From assembly GCF_009914755.1 (NCBI RefSeq), contig NC_060934.1: a stretch of DNA of 64,000 bases; one strand, given 5' to 3'. The notes below the pieces were generated by a model that did not search any database, had not been told where the DNA came from, and worked only from the letters and a program-made list of their open reading frames with translations. Positions 13,501 to 28,460 of the stretch are shown here, piece after piece (within the stretch, counting starts at the first letter, position 1; each line of letters begins with the position of its first letter). Source of the stretch: the human T2T-CHM13v2.0 reference genome, Homo sapiens. Position numbers and translations under genes: made by a program.

Positions 13501-15164
13501 GAAACATAAAGACAGATGGGGCCATCTGTGTGAGCCTGATGAATGAGACACAGGCTGAGGAGGGGCAACCTGGGGGAGACCTGTTTCCTTGGCTCTGACC
13601 GTGTGCAGGCTGCTCCTGGGAACCCCACTACCTGGACAAGAAGAAGCAAGCAGAGTGCGGCCACACCCCTGAGAGGTCAGGGCCCCCTGGCCCAAACCAT
13701 CCTGCTGCCCAGGTGACTCTACTGCAGCTGGAGGGAGAGAACTTCCTGCCAGTCAGAGAGGAGGGACATTTACATGAAATGCTGACACCCATCACCATCT
13801 TTGTGGGGGCAGCTAACTGATGGTAGGGGCTGGCCCTAAAAACCTGGATAGCCCGCCAGGGACAGGCCCTGAGTGCTAAGCTGGACTGGGCACAGGGGGC
13901 AGTCCCTGGCACCCTACCCCTGCCCACCAAGTCTGCAGAGCTAGGAAGCCTGGTGCCCTGCTGCACTTCTCCCAGCCTCCCCAACAGCCGCCTGTACTAG
14001 AGCACTCCTGAGTCACCACCTCCTCCACCTCCCAACCCACAGCTCAGCATGTCCGTGGCTCCCACACCATTTTTCAGTCATTTTTAACATACTGAATTCC
14101 TGATGCTGTTCTCTGGAGACCCTATGCTCCAGAGACCTATGCTCTGGAGACCCAGATGCTCATTCCTGCATCTGTTTGAGTCTGTGCCTACCTGTGCACC
14201 TGTCTGCCATGTGCTACCTTGAAATGCAACAATGGCTTTTGGAGAGAGAGAGAGGAGGGAAGGGTGACAAAAGAGTTGACCACCTTCCATCTCTGCTGCC
14301 TAGGGGACAGATGGCTTGAAGGTATAAGCTGGGCCCAACATGGCTGCAAAGAGAATGGGAGGTTTTTCCTCCCTTCTATCTCCTTCCTTCAGTCGAGCAT
14401 CTTCTGTATACAAAGCATTGTGCTTAATGGAAACTACAGGGAGATGTAAGCTGTGACTTGATCAAGAAGACTTTGTCCCTGCCTTCAAGGAGTATTCAAT
14501 CCAGGGAGAGAAAGAAGTCTGCAACATATATCCAACTAACAAATCAAAATGTGAGTTGGTAGGTACCACAGAGAACAACGGAAAGTTCTACAAGGGGGCA
14601 GCTAAGAAAAGCAAGCATTTCTGGCTGGGGGTGTTGACTGATTCTTCACTGACAGACAGGGCTGTCATAGGCAATGACAAGATAGGGAGATGGCCCAGGT
14701 GGCAGGAGCAGCAACAACAAAGGTGCAGCACTAGGGCAACCAGGCTGTTTTGGCGGCAGCTGGCAATCTGGTTTGGTTGGAGGCTTGGGAGTGTGCTGGC
14801 AGGGTCTGGCCTCCAGGCCACAGTGGGCCTTAGGGTGCACATCCCTCACCTGGCACAAACTCCGTGAGTGGCAGACAGCCATGAGGCTTTTGAACAAACA
14901 GTGATTGTCCTAGTCCAGGCCCCGATTGTAGATAAGGAAACCAAGAGTCACAGACAAAAAGTGACAATGTCGTATAGCAAGGAAAGGCAGAGCCTGAATC
15001 CATGATAAAGGCAGAGCTCCTGGAAATCCCGTCTGGTAGCAGCTTTCAGGATGACGGGAACAGAGGGAAGTAAGCTGAAGGGCCTGTTGTTCTCTTTGTG
15101 TCTGCTGGAGCCAGATGAGACGGCTGCTTAGGTTACCTGGTGGCAGAGTAGCCACCGCAGCAAC

Positions 15165-15340
15165 AGCTCACATATCCTGAGTCCATACTGTGTACCAGGC
15201 AACGTGCTGAGTGTTTTACTCGTATCAGCCCATTTAATCCTCACAACAGGCTTTGGAGGTAAGTTTCTTAACCCCATTTTACAGATGAGAAAATGAAGGC
15301 GCAGGGGTCACGCACCTAGTAAATCTTAGATCTATATGCT
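15165..15340 (-). mobile_element. MIR
   Basis: catttaatcctcacaac...ccccattttacagatgagaaaatgaaggc. Confidence 0.8.
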
Positions 15341-17449
15341 TCAGGGTGGTGGCACTCCCCACCTTCACAGACAATGCAGCCACTCCATCACTGGCCCCTC
15401 AACATCCTCAGGACTTGCCCCAAGAGTTACCCAGGGTCACCTCCAGCCCTTTCCAGCTCTTTGCAGGCTTTTCCACCTCACAGATGCCCAGAGGCTTGCC
15501 CTCTGGTGGAGGTAGTGAGAGAATCAAGGGGACAGATAGGTTCTAAACATTAACAATGGAGGAGCTATGGAAGCTTCACTTGCCTCAGCCCCATCAGGTG
15601 AGAAGGAAGGGCCTTCTCAAGCATACAGCCTCTCACATGCATGTGTCTGTGTGCACACACCCCCAGCACCCACCCACGCACATGTGTTCAGACACAATGG
15701 CTCAAAGGCCAGGCAGCCCACTTTGTACTGCTAACAAGGGGGCCATAATTACAGGAAGGGGCAGCCGCGTAGATAAAAGGATACAAAATTTCAACATCTG
15801 TTGCCATAAAGGGATAAGGAGAAGTGAAACGCAAAGTATCAGTTTGGTGTCAGCAGGCAGAGAGCCAATTTCAAAGAGTTCAGGGGGACAGAGGAGACAA
15901 GAAAGAAAAAGTTAAGGGGGGAGAAAGAAAGAAAGAAATTACAGGGTTCCTTAAAGAGGTAAAGAAAAAAGAGAATGAAAAAAAGCTATCAGTAATGCTT
16001 TCAAAGGAGAAGGGAGGTACTTTAAAGAGGGGCAGTTCCCGTAATCACCCTGACTGTGGGCCAGGCCCCTGCACAAGGTGGGGGCAGAGGGCCAGGGCAG
16101 ACAAAGCCACACCTGGGCAGGATGGGCACTAACAGTGCTCTCAGAGTGGCCCAGCCTGTGTGCAGGACACGGCTTCCTTCTCCAGACAGAAGGGGCTCCA
16201 GCCAAATGTCCCTTACCATTTATTCCAAATGTCATTAGATGCCCTGATACTCACTCATATCCTGTGCTCAGTTCAGGATACCAAGGTCAGTTCCCAGCTC
16301 AGAGGGAGAGTTCTACCAGGCCACAGCCATGGCTGACCAGGTGGCCCTTATCAGTGTTCCAACACTGTGTTCAGTGGAAAGGGCCACCAACTCCAGCCAC
16401 AGGGGTCAGGATCAAGGAGAGCTTCGTGGTGGAGGTGCTGTTTATATTGAAGAGCGAGCAGGGTTTCATTAGGCACAGAGGGGGTATTCTGGGCATGGGG
16501 TTGGCTTGAGCACAGGCTCAGAGGAGAAAAATCTAGGGCATCTGTTAGGATGGGTGAGAAGCCTATTCTGCCCCTGCCTTTGTTGAGAAAAGGGGAACTT
16601 GGGAGCTTTGAGGTGGAAGTGGAGGTGTAACATGGGACCAGGGATGACCCTGGCCCAAAGGGGAAGGGGAATCAATGGGATGTGTGCAGGGCTTGCCACA
16701 CACACAGGGCAGCACAGGACCTGGCCAAGGACTCAATACCCTAGGAGCAGCCAGGTCACCAACCACCTCCCCACCCCTTTCCCCACCCCACAATCCCAGT
16801 GGGGCTTAGGGCTGTGACTGTGGCTGGACCTACTATGACACCTTCAGGTCTGGGATTAAAGGGCTCTCCATCCTGAAGCCCACCTGCCCACAGGCTATCA
16901 GGGGCCCAGCTGTGCCCTGTGCTCAGGGCACCAGTGCTAGGTCCATCTCAAATGCCCCTTGGCAGAAAAAAAAAACCCACAGCAAGAGGAAGCCCATGGA
17001 GGAAGGGGGTATTTGTGATGTCAGGCCAGTCAGACCCACTTGGGCCTTCCAGCTGCCAGGAGCTGGGCCCCAGACAGTCAACACAAGGCACCTTCCCTGG
17101 GGCCTAGCCAAGGAAGGGTCCTGCTCAAACATAGAGAACACAAGATGAGCCTTGATTCCTCCAAACTCCAGGCTCGGGCAGGATGGCTTTGGCATAGTTC
17201 CTCAGGGCCTGATGGGATCACAGGGCCTAGCTAGGGATACTTCAGTGGTTGGTCAATCAAGATGAAGATACCGGAATTCCTGGCACTTGGGAGTTAGGGA
17301 ATGGGCTTGAAGACCACCTACCATCAGAAGCAGAAATATTCTGGCACTTTGAGGTTGGGTGAAGGACTCTTTCTCGTTTAGATAGTAATCCTCTGTCCTT
17401 GGGCCTAACCCCATGGTACCCAGTTCCAGAAGACAGAAAGGCAGAAAAA

Positions 17450-18087
<638 letters not shown>

Positions 18088-18696
18088 TCATCCAGGGTAT
18101 AGCAATGCTTAGGGCAAACTGCCCCTCCAGTACTCCCCGCTCTCTGCCCAAGCCCCAGCACATACATAAAAGAGAAAATCCAGGCGCTCCTCAAGTTGCA
18201 GCAGTGACAGGTTAAAAGCAAAGAATCCATCCAGCACCGCTCACCGCCCAACCCCAAGTCCTGCCGGCAATGCTGCTCCACCTCTCGGATTGGCCTGTCA
18301 GTCAGGCTTTGGTGTTACTGAAAGATCAAACTTTGTCCTGCCTGTTCATTACCTTAATCCTATTTTCTACATGGCTTTATTATCTACTTGGGCTTCTCTG
18401 GGAAAGACAGCTCTAGAGAGTCATCCTGTCCATCCATTTCCTCCCACCAAAAGCAAATGCCTCCACCAGGGCATCTTTCCTCAATCGCTGTACCACTTGG
18501 TCCTCCAAGCTTCTCTGGGGACAGGACAGATGTTTAAACAAAGCCTGGTTCCTCCCAGTGGATGAACCTGGGGCTGGAGAGAAGGCACTGCCAAGTGGTG
18601 CCCAGGGCAACCCTGCCACAAGCAGCAGAGCCCACAGGCTGGCCAGAGCGGGCAGGGCTGTTTCTTCTCAGGCTCCAGGAAGAACTGAGGCCATAG

Positions 18697-18850
18697 TTGT
18701 TTGTTTTGTTCTGTTTTTAATTTTTTTTTGATAAGAAACAAGGTCTCACCATATTGCCCAGGCTACTCTCAAACTCCTGAGCTCAAGCGATCCTACTGCC
18801 TCAGTCTCTCAAAGTGCTCGGATTCCAGGCATGAGCCACCATGCCTGGCT
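18697..18850 (-). mobile_element. FLAM / Alu monomer
   Basis: Antisense left-monomer sequence with T-rich tail. Confidence 0.8.
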
Positions 18851-19298
18851 AATCACTGTCTCATACCTATTCTCATTAGAGTCCATTCTGGTTTCAATAA
18901 AGACCCAGTGTTTGGGGTTAATGAGATCTAGGGGTTTCATAAGAGAATAACAGTCAAATAAATGGTGCCTTAGAACTCCATCCTGACCATAAATCTGTAC
19001 CGAAGAGTACCCTTCACCAAGGCAACCATAGGCAGAAGAGGCCATTCAAAGATTACCCAACATTTGAGATGATGCTGGGTCACAGTGGTGTACCCAGCCC
19101 GCCACCCGGCTTGTGTGTCATCCTGGGCCCAGGCAGGTGATGATGCCAAACACAAGGCCCAGCTATGTAACCAAGTAAAAACTTTCATCAGAATGCCCAT
19201 CTTTGTGACCCACAGCCCATTGTCAAGAGCCTTCCCTGTGCCAGGAGTTCAGCAGGTTCACCTCCGCCTCCACTAGTCACTAAGACACGGATATTTTA

Positions 19299-19613
<315 letters not shown>

Positions 19614-19859
19614 AAGCTTCCACAAACTCCGAGGTACTAGTTTGGGTGGGAAGGAAGAGCAGGAAAGAGACAGCTTGCATTAGTTGAATGCCTCCAAGGT
19701 GACAGGCACTGTATGGGAAACTCTTTCACGATAATTTTGTTCATACCAGTTCTGTTAGGTAGGGATAATTAATTTCCACTTTACAAATGAGGAAACTGAA
19801 GCTCAGAGGGCCCCAGATCACAGCAAGAGGCACAGATAAGTTATGGCTAACTTATCTAC

Positions 19860-20150
19860 TATGTTAATGAGAAACAACTGAAGGACCTAGAACTTTTGGC
19901 CTGAAGAAGAGGAGGCCCTGGAAGAGCAGAACCAAGGTTTTCAGATATTTAAAAGTCTGTTCTTCAGGAGAGAGGTTCAACTTGCTTGTCTCTTGTCTAG
20001 GATCACAGCTTCAGGGAGCAAATCAATCCATGATAAAGGGTGGGCATTCTCACTCACAGAGCTACCAAAAGACGGAATGGTTGTTTGGGGAAGTAGGGAG
20101 TTTCCCATCCCTGTTCTTGGATGACTATCAAAAGAGAATGTTGAAGGAAA
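19860..20150 (+). mobile_element. L3/CR1 LINE fragment
   Basis: aactgaaggacctagaacttttggcctgaagaagaggagg...ttcagatatttaaaag...gtagggagtttcccatccctg resembles the CR1 3' region. Confidence 0.6.
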
Positions 20151-20517
20151 AAAACCATGATTCATTGATTAAAACATCTCATGTTGTTTTAAAAATTTTG
20201 AAAAGACTGACTATAGAATGGATTTTTCAAAAAAAAAAAAAAAGCTATGGCTAATGCTTTCCTACAGAGATGGAGAAAAATGGAGAAGACAAAGCTACAG
20301 CAACTGAGGAAGCAGGTGAGAAGAGCATCTTCGCCAGTGCTGTCAAATGTGGCATTTAAGACACAGACCACATGTGGGGCCTAGGGCAAGGTGAAGAGTT
20401 CTTAGACTTGACACCAAAGGCACAGTCAATAAAAGAAAAAGTCAATAATTTAGATTCCATCAAAATTTTAAACATTTGCTCTTCAAAAGACCCTGTTAAG
20501 AGGATAAAAAGACAAGC

Positions 20518-20856
<339 letters not shown>

Positions 20857-20931
20857 TCACATATTTGACAAAGGACTAATATCTAGAATACAGAAAGAAC
20901 TGTCAAAACTCAATGGTAAAAAAAAGCAAAC

Positions 20932-21032
20932 TGCTTGCCTCGGCAGCACATATACCAAAATGGAAATGATACAGAGAAGACTGGCATGGCTCTTATGCAA
21001 GAATGACATGCAAATACATGAAGTGTTCCATT
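20932..21032 (+). pseudogene. U6 snRNA retropseudogene (near full length, no poly(A) tail)
   Basis: TGCTTGCCTCGGCAGCACATATACCAAAATGGAAATGATACAGAGAAGACTGGCATGG...GAAGTGTTCCATT aligns to U6 with CpG decay. TSD-like AAAAGCAAAC (20922-20931) / AAAAGAAAAC (21033-21042). Upstream is L1 sequence, not a PSE/TATA promoter. Confidence 0.93.
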
Positions 21033-21212
21033 AAAAGAAAACAATCCAGCAGGCAAAAGACATGAACAGACGTTTCGCCAAAGAGAATATTCATATATGA
21101 AATATATGGCAAATAAACACATGACAATATATTAACATAATTAGCTATTAGGGAAATTCAAATTAAAACATGATGAAATATAACACCTTTAGAATAGTTT
21201 AAAAATAGTGAA

Positions 21213-21495
21213 TCCAGGCATCATGGCTCATGCCTGTAATCCTAGCACTTTGGGAGGCCTAGGCAGACAGATCGCTTGAGCCCAGGACTAGCCTGGGCAC
21301 GATGGCAAACCCATCTCCAAAAAACACACAAAAAATTAGCTGGGCATGGTGGCACACACCTGTAGTCCCAGCTACTAGGGAGGCTGAGATGGGAGGATTG
21401 CTTGAGGCCAGAAGTTCAAGACCAGCCTTGGCAATATAATGAGAACCTGTATCTCTAAAAAACATAAATAAATACAGATTTTAAAAAAGAAAAAA
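21213..21495 (+). mobile_element. AluJ-type element with atypical right arm
   Basis: TSD AAAAATAGTGAA on both sides; right arm ends in left-monomer-like sequence. Confidence 0.8.
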
Positions 21496-22143
21496 AAATA
21501 GTGAAATACCAAATGCTGGTGAGGATGTGAAGAAATTGGATCTCTCATACATTGGTGGTGGGAATGTAAAATGATAAAGATACTCCAAAAAATAGCTTGG
21601 CAGGTAAAAAAACTAAGCATACACTTACCAAACAACACAGCATTTGTACTCCTTGGCATTTATCCCAGAGAAATGAAAATGTATGCCCACACAAAAACCT
21701 GTACGTGTTGTAATAGCTTTAGTTGCAATAGTCAAAAAATTGAAAACAGCCCAAACATCCTTCAATGGGGAAAAGAAACTTTGGTATATCCATACCATGG
21801 AATACTACTCAGCAATAAAGAGGAATGCACTATTGATACATGCAGCAACATCTGTGGGTCTCAAGGGAATTATGCTGGGTTTTTAAAAAGCCAGTTTCAA
21901 AAAGTGACATATTGTATGATTCCATTTATGTAACATTTGCAAAATGACAAAATTATAGAGATGGAGAACACATAAGAAGTTGCCAGGAATCAGGGACAAT
22001 GGGAAGAGGAGGAGGGGAGAAGGATGGGTGTGACTACCAAGGGGTAAATGAGGAATTTTTGTGCTGATGGAACAAACAGTTCTGTACCTCAATTGTGGTG
22101 ATGGTTATCTGAATCTACACGTGATACAATTGCAAAGGACTAG

Positions 22144-22163
22144 ACACACATAGACACAGACAG

Positions 22164-22190
<27 letters not shown>
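22144..22190. repeat. (CA)n microsatellite
   Basis: About 13 perfect CA units preceded by imperfect GACA units. Confidence 0.9.
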
Positions 22191-22194
<4 letters not shown>

Positions 22195-22814
22195 GCAATC
22201 TGAATAAAGGTCCATGGATGGTACCAGGGTCTATTTCCTGGTTTGATTATTACATATTATGTAAGATGTTACACAAACACCTTTCCATCTTATTTTTGTA
22301 ACTTCCTGTGAATCTATAATTATTTCAAAATTAGAAAGTTAAAAAAAAAAAAAAAACCAGAATGGCAGATAATCAGATGGGAATATGTCAAGCCTGCCAA
22401 GGCAGAGAATTGTGAATAAAACCTGCATGTATTTTCACTGTTCTGTATAATTCTTTTTATAGGTCCGTAGGCCACCTTCAAAATTTCTTTATTTTAGCAA
22501 AATCATCTCTGGGGATAGATGGGATTTTATATAGCCACATAGGCATTCCTCAGAGAAAGAGTATCATAAATCCAAATTGTTGTTGTTATCATAAATTCTA
22601 CATGAAACTATTTACCTATTATAAATTACTTCAGCAGTCTCCTCCAGCTAACCCTGAATGATTCCATGTGAGAAGGCACCACAGCAGAGGCCTCCTACTA
22701 GACCACTTCCCAGCCTTCTCCTGGACCACTCAGCCAACTGAGGCAGAGGCTGGCTCAGCAAGCTTTCCCTCACCTCCTGGACTGGAAGCCAGCATGGGCT
22801 CATGAATCTCTTAC

Positions 22815-22880
22815 CTGTTGAGGTCCCAGATTCTCAGGGGTGAGAAGTGCCCGCAACAAGCCGTCCCTGTCACAAAAGAG
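22815..22880 (-). CDS. FBXW4: FBXW4 coding exon (likely exon 6), WD40 repeat end
   Basis: Acceptor ttctccttttgtttggCAG (22881-22883), donor GTAAG 22810-22814. 66 nt, phase 2-2: SFVTGTACCGHFSPLRIWDLN, joining in frame to the 10410-10550 exon. Confidence 0.95.
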
Positions 22881-24541
22881 CTGCCAAACAAAAGGAGAAC
22901 AAAGTCAGATCTGGCTTGTCAGAACCTGTGGTGGAAATGGCTAACAATGGGAAATGCCGTGCTCATTCCCTAGGGGATTGTGGGTTAAGCCAGAATGAGA
23001 GAAGTGGCCAAGGGAGCCATCAGAGGAGCTGTGGGAAGACATCTTGGAGCACTGTGAGGGGTGTAGCCCCCAGTGGTGCCTGGCCAGAAGACCCACGAGC
23101 TCAGCCACAGCTGGGCCTGCTGCACAGACTAGGTTGAGTGGTCTCTGCACACCATAAAAACAGATCTCTAGACGTGACAAGTTTGAGCCCAGGAGAGAGC
23201 GAGCCTGTCGGGCTCCTGTTTAGGAATCCCAAGAGCACAATGGCAGGGCACAGAAAAGGGCTCCAGGGAACAGGTTGCTGGGGCTGGAAGGTGCTGCCCG
23301 TGGTCAGAAGTAGGAGCAGCTGAGGGGCATTCCTGAAGGTTTTAAGAGCTGGGGGAATCTGGTAATGTGGTATAAGCACAGGGCAGGTATAAAGGCACCA
23401 AAATGAGAAAAGGAAAAAATATGAAAGATGAGTGAATCCCTTGGATGGGTATATGCTACTACATAGGTGGGGCGGAGTCCCCAGAAGCCAGGCAGCCAGG
23501 GCTTCTGGAGAGTGGGATGGGAGTCCGCCAGAGTCCTCTGAGGCCAATAACAAACAACGCCGAGAGGCACACGAGAAGGAGCAGGCTGACCCTGTTGCCC
23601 AGAGTGTCCCTTTAGAGCCCTAAAAACCTCAACATATACAATCTGCAGAGTCTCACTTTAAATGGAGGCACAAGCCTGGTATAAAGGATCCACGCAGTGG
23701 GCCAGGCTGGCTGTAGTGCTGGCCTAGAACTTGAACCTATGAGCCAGACAACTCTTGTTAGAGGATTTGGTAGGGTGGAGAGGGGAAGCCTTCAGGAAAC
23801 CTGGGCTTGAAACTTAAACAGCAAGCAAGCAAGTTGAAAGCAGTGGTGTTAGGAATGGGCCATGTCCCTGCATGTCTTTCATGGGGGGGAAGGAAGACTG
23901 GACATACTAATCACACATTAGCAATGTGGGGGCAACAGCCCATCTGCTGTGGCCCAGCCCAGCACCTGTGGCTCCTCTGATCCCAAGCATGTCAGTGAGG
24001 AGATGGATTTCCACAGAGAGGGCCCTGGAGAAGCCAGTGGCTTTGGCTGGGGTGGGGAGGTTGGCCTGCCAGTTGCTGATGGGGGAGATGTTAGGGCAGG
24101 CACTGGCCAAACCACTGATTTACAATAAAAATTGCAGGGCAGGTGTCTGCTCTTCAGCCCTAGGCTGATAAAAAGGCCATACGAGCTATCCTGGGGCTTT
24201 CATGACTCAAGCCAAGACTTCCTCCAGGGACATGCCCCATCATCCTAGCTTCTTCAAGGCTGCCAGCAGCCACTAAACTATAGAGTGGGAGTGCCAAAAC
24301 AGTCACTGTGCCATGCCCCAAGTGACTGCCAGCCTGGGAAGCAGCCAGTGGATACTGAAGAACCAAACTACAAAGTCAGGAGGTGTTGCCCTCTCCTCCC
24401 TCCCCAAACATTTTTCTATTTAGGGTAATCCATTAATAACTGGTAAAGCCAATTACCTTGGGCTGGAAACATAATAGCCACTTGGAAATCATTCGAGCAG
24501 GCAATTGGACTCTCCAGATTTGAGGAGTGGGGGCCAGGTGA

Positions 24542-24857
<316 letters not shown>

Positions 24858-25116
24858 AGGCATCTCTTAAGGCCTATGGCAGGCCTCTGACTGGCCACAG
24901 GCCTAAATTAGCATCAAGGTAAATCAATAGAGAGGGGAGCAACTTTAATCCTGCTGGAGATCAGAGCTGTGGGAGTGGCAGGGATGAGGGTGGGGTGGGG
25001 ATGTAAATCCCCTTCCCAGGGACTCCTATCCTCCTCTATTCTGGCCCACCCACATCTGGCCCTGATCATCTGCCACCAGGAGGAGTGCCCCTCACCTTCA
25101 TACCCTGTACAGGGCC

Positions 25117-25260
25117 TTTTTTTTTTTTTTTTTTTTAAATAGAGACAGGGGTCTCACTATGTTGCCCAGGCTGGTCTTGAGCTCCTGGGCTCAAGTTGAT
25201 CCACCTGCCTCAGCCTCCCAAAGTGCTAGGATTACAGGTGTGAACCACTGGCGCTCAGCC
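25117..25260 (-). mobile_element. FLAM_C-like monomer
   Basis: Poly-T followed by antisense left monomer. Confidence 0.85.
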
Positions 25261-27249
25261 TCCTGTGAAGTGCTTTCTTAACTGCCTAGATGTGACATCT
25301 ATAAATGTTTCTTTCCAAAAGCTGCCCTTTTCTCTCACCTAACCACTATGAATCAAGGAGAAAAAAGAGGGAGAGAAAGCAGAGTGTCTTCCTGGCACTT
25401 AGGAGGACTTAAGAGTTTAATCAAATTTAACACTCAGTAAAAAACCATCAATAGTCAAGCAGATTTTGAGCAAACACTCACCAGGACTCACACCCAAACC
25501 ATGGGGCCTGCCCAGGACTCTTGGGGGTCAGGCTGGGTGCAGACACAGTTTTGCACACCTTCAACTACTCCCCACTACCTGCAGCCATTCTTGCCCCCCA
25601 CCCCACTCCCTTATTCCCATGGTCATTAGGAAGAATGAGCAAAAGCTACAGACCAGCCACACTCAAAGTCAGAAGATTAGAAAGGGCGTGCGCACATGCA
25701 ATCTCAGGGTACAACAGATACAAGGAGCAGAGGAAGAAAAGGAATTCACTACTCTCCAGCACCCAAAGGGTGCTTCACATCTCACAATGAGCCCACAAGA
25801 TAGATATTATTATTCCCATTGTGCAGAAAGTGAATATGAAGCAAAGGCCAAGCTTCCATGAATGGACTTAAAATACTGTGGCTGCACACAGGACCTGTTA
25901 CCCCCACACTCAGACTCCTCCCTTGAGACTCACGGGATAAAGTGCTTTGAAAAGGGGCTGGTGGGGTGGGATCTGTGCATCACAGGCAGTCTCACTGGCC
26001 TCAGTTCTCTAACCCAGGTGATTTAACCCAAACAAAATGCTGTGCTCTGATAACCTGTTCGATTTGAATCCGCGAGATGTCTTCAACCAGATTCTCGTCA
26101 CATCCCTCACGGTGCTGGCTCCTGTGCTAGGCGTGTCAAAGGCTCTCAATAAATACTTGGAGATCAATGAAATGAAAACGTGTATCATTCCCTCCGTGGC
26201 TCCTCCCAAGGGATTGCTCAGTGACTTTTCCCCACTAAAGGCCTTTGCTATAACTTCAATTTTGGGTTTGAAAGTGATGAAAAACCCAGCTCGGCTCAGA
26301 AAAGAAAGAAAATTCAAACGGCTTTTGCCCTCAGTCCCATCTCTTCCCTCAGGGGTATTCCAGGGACAAGGACATCAAATCTGTGCTGAACAGACAGAGG
26401 CAAGAGCTGGTGGCTCCCCAGGTAGGCTGACCATCCTTCTAGTCCTTTCCATACTCATGGGACAAATGGCATTTTTGGTTTATCTTCCCATCTCCCCTTT
26501 GAGATCAGAATCCTTTAGAGGCTCTTGGGTACTGTACTGTCTAGCACAGTGCCTGGCCCAGAGAAGGCACTCAATAAAAATTTGTGGAACTGAACTAAGA
26601 GGGCCTTCCAGAGCCCAAAGCCTACACAGCTGGGAAAGCTAGTCATGTGCACTGTGAAGTTGGTCCCTCTGCTTCCTAAAGGAATAATTCCCAAATACCA
26701 AAGGCTCAAACTTGAATGACACATGACACAGGCATACAGTATCAGGAGAGTGAGAAGTCCCTCATAAGCACCACAACCAGGTAAGAGATGAGAGGTACCA
26801 ACACCTAAAAATTAACATCAAAACACACACAGTCAGGCACACTCATGCAAGTACACATATCCCCTCTTAGCTAGAGGGTCTAAAAGTCATTTTGACTCCA
26901 TAAGCTCTTTTTGGAACAGAAAGCCCTTACCAGAAGCCAGCCTTCTATAATTTCTCACCCTGTCCCAGACATTAACCAGATCTTCAACCTGCCTTACTCG
27001 TCCCCTGGCCCTAGCTCAGGCAAACCTGGCATCATGCAGACTATCATCAGGCTCCAGAAGTAGACATAGGGGCCTGTCTCACCAGAGGAAGATGCCAGGG
27101 AGTTAGAGTTTGTGTATTCAAGTTGAGAGATTAAAAATAACAAGACATAGAAAAGAGGAAAGCAAGGTAAGAAGGGAAATTAGTTGGGCACGGACAGCCT
27201 GAAAGGCAGGTAGATTCCTCCTGCTTCTGCATTAGCTTAGGCCCTCTTA

Positions 27250-27790
<541 letters not shown>

Positions 27791-27829
27791 CCCCTCGCCC
27801 AGAAGTTCTCATGTGGGCTACACTTCAAG

Positions 27830-27936
27830 AGTTAGTCTTGTTTGAATCTCCAGCATCTAGTATAATGCCTGACACATATTGAAAACTCAAATGCTTATTG
27901 ATTGAATGAATGAATGAATGGACAAATGAACAAATG
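27830..27936 (+). mobile_element. L2 3' end with (TGAA)n tail
   Basis: ccagcatctagtataatgcctgacacata...ttgaatgaatgaatgaatg. Confidence 0.75.
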
Positions 27937-28094
27937 ACTCCACCTGGAAGAAGAAAGAAGCAACTGAGTGGCTCTGAGGCAGGGCAGCACAAGTGGCGTG
28001 CTCAGCAGCTGTGCCCCGTGGCTGGCCTAGAGCCGCCCAGCTGGCCCAGGCCCCAGCAGCCTCTGAGCCTGGGCTGACACACTTTGGCAAGGGA

Positions 28095-28460
28095 GGCCAC
28101 CAGAGCTGTCACATCATTCACCAACATGCCCATCAAGTGTATTCAGTTCTCTTCAACCCGCATTGGCATTTTAATTACTGTTGGGTAAACTAATTTGTAC
28201 AAATGAAGGCCAGGCTGCCTAATAGAATATGCAAGCTCTCTGACCTCTGACAGGCACTGACACGAGATACAAAGGCAGCCGAGGAAGGCTTTTTATCTGA
28301 GCCTTATTACTCTCTATTACTCCAATTAGTCAGGCTCCAGTGCTCCTAATTGGAGGAAAAATTGCAATTAAATCAATTTTTGATGGGCTGCAAGTGGGCT
28401 CCCGAACCGCCCTGCTTGTGAAACACTGATATTATAGCAGCAAAGGTCACAGGCCTCATT
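28095..28460. promoter_or_regulatory. Candidate developmental enhancer (homeodomain-rich)
   Basis: Repeat-free; TTAATTA, CTAATTT, inverted CTCCAATTAG/CTAATTGGAG pair, CAATTAAATCAAT, TGACAG/CTGTCA, ACAAAG. Confidence 0.55.

Noticed and set aside
14111-14162. Three imperfect ~16-bp repeats (ctctggagaccctatg)
   Set aside because: Short degenerate local duplication with no sign of function.
21571-21933. L1 ORF2-like ORFs here and at 31255-31461 as active retrotransposon genes
   Set aside because: Truncated, frameshifted fragments lacking ORF1, endonuclease and intact reverse transcriptase.
20932-22355. U6/L1 chimeric retrogene
   Set aside because: L1 sequence is colinear on both sides of U6 and U6 has its own TSD, so it is an insertion into a pre-existing L1.
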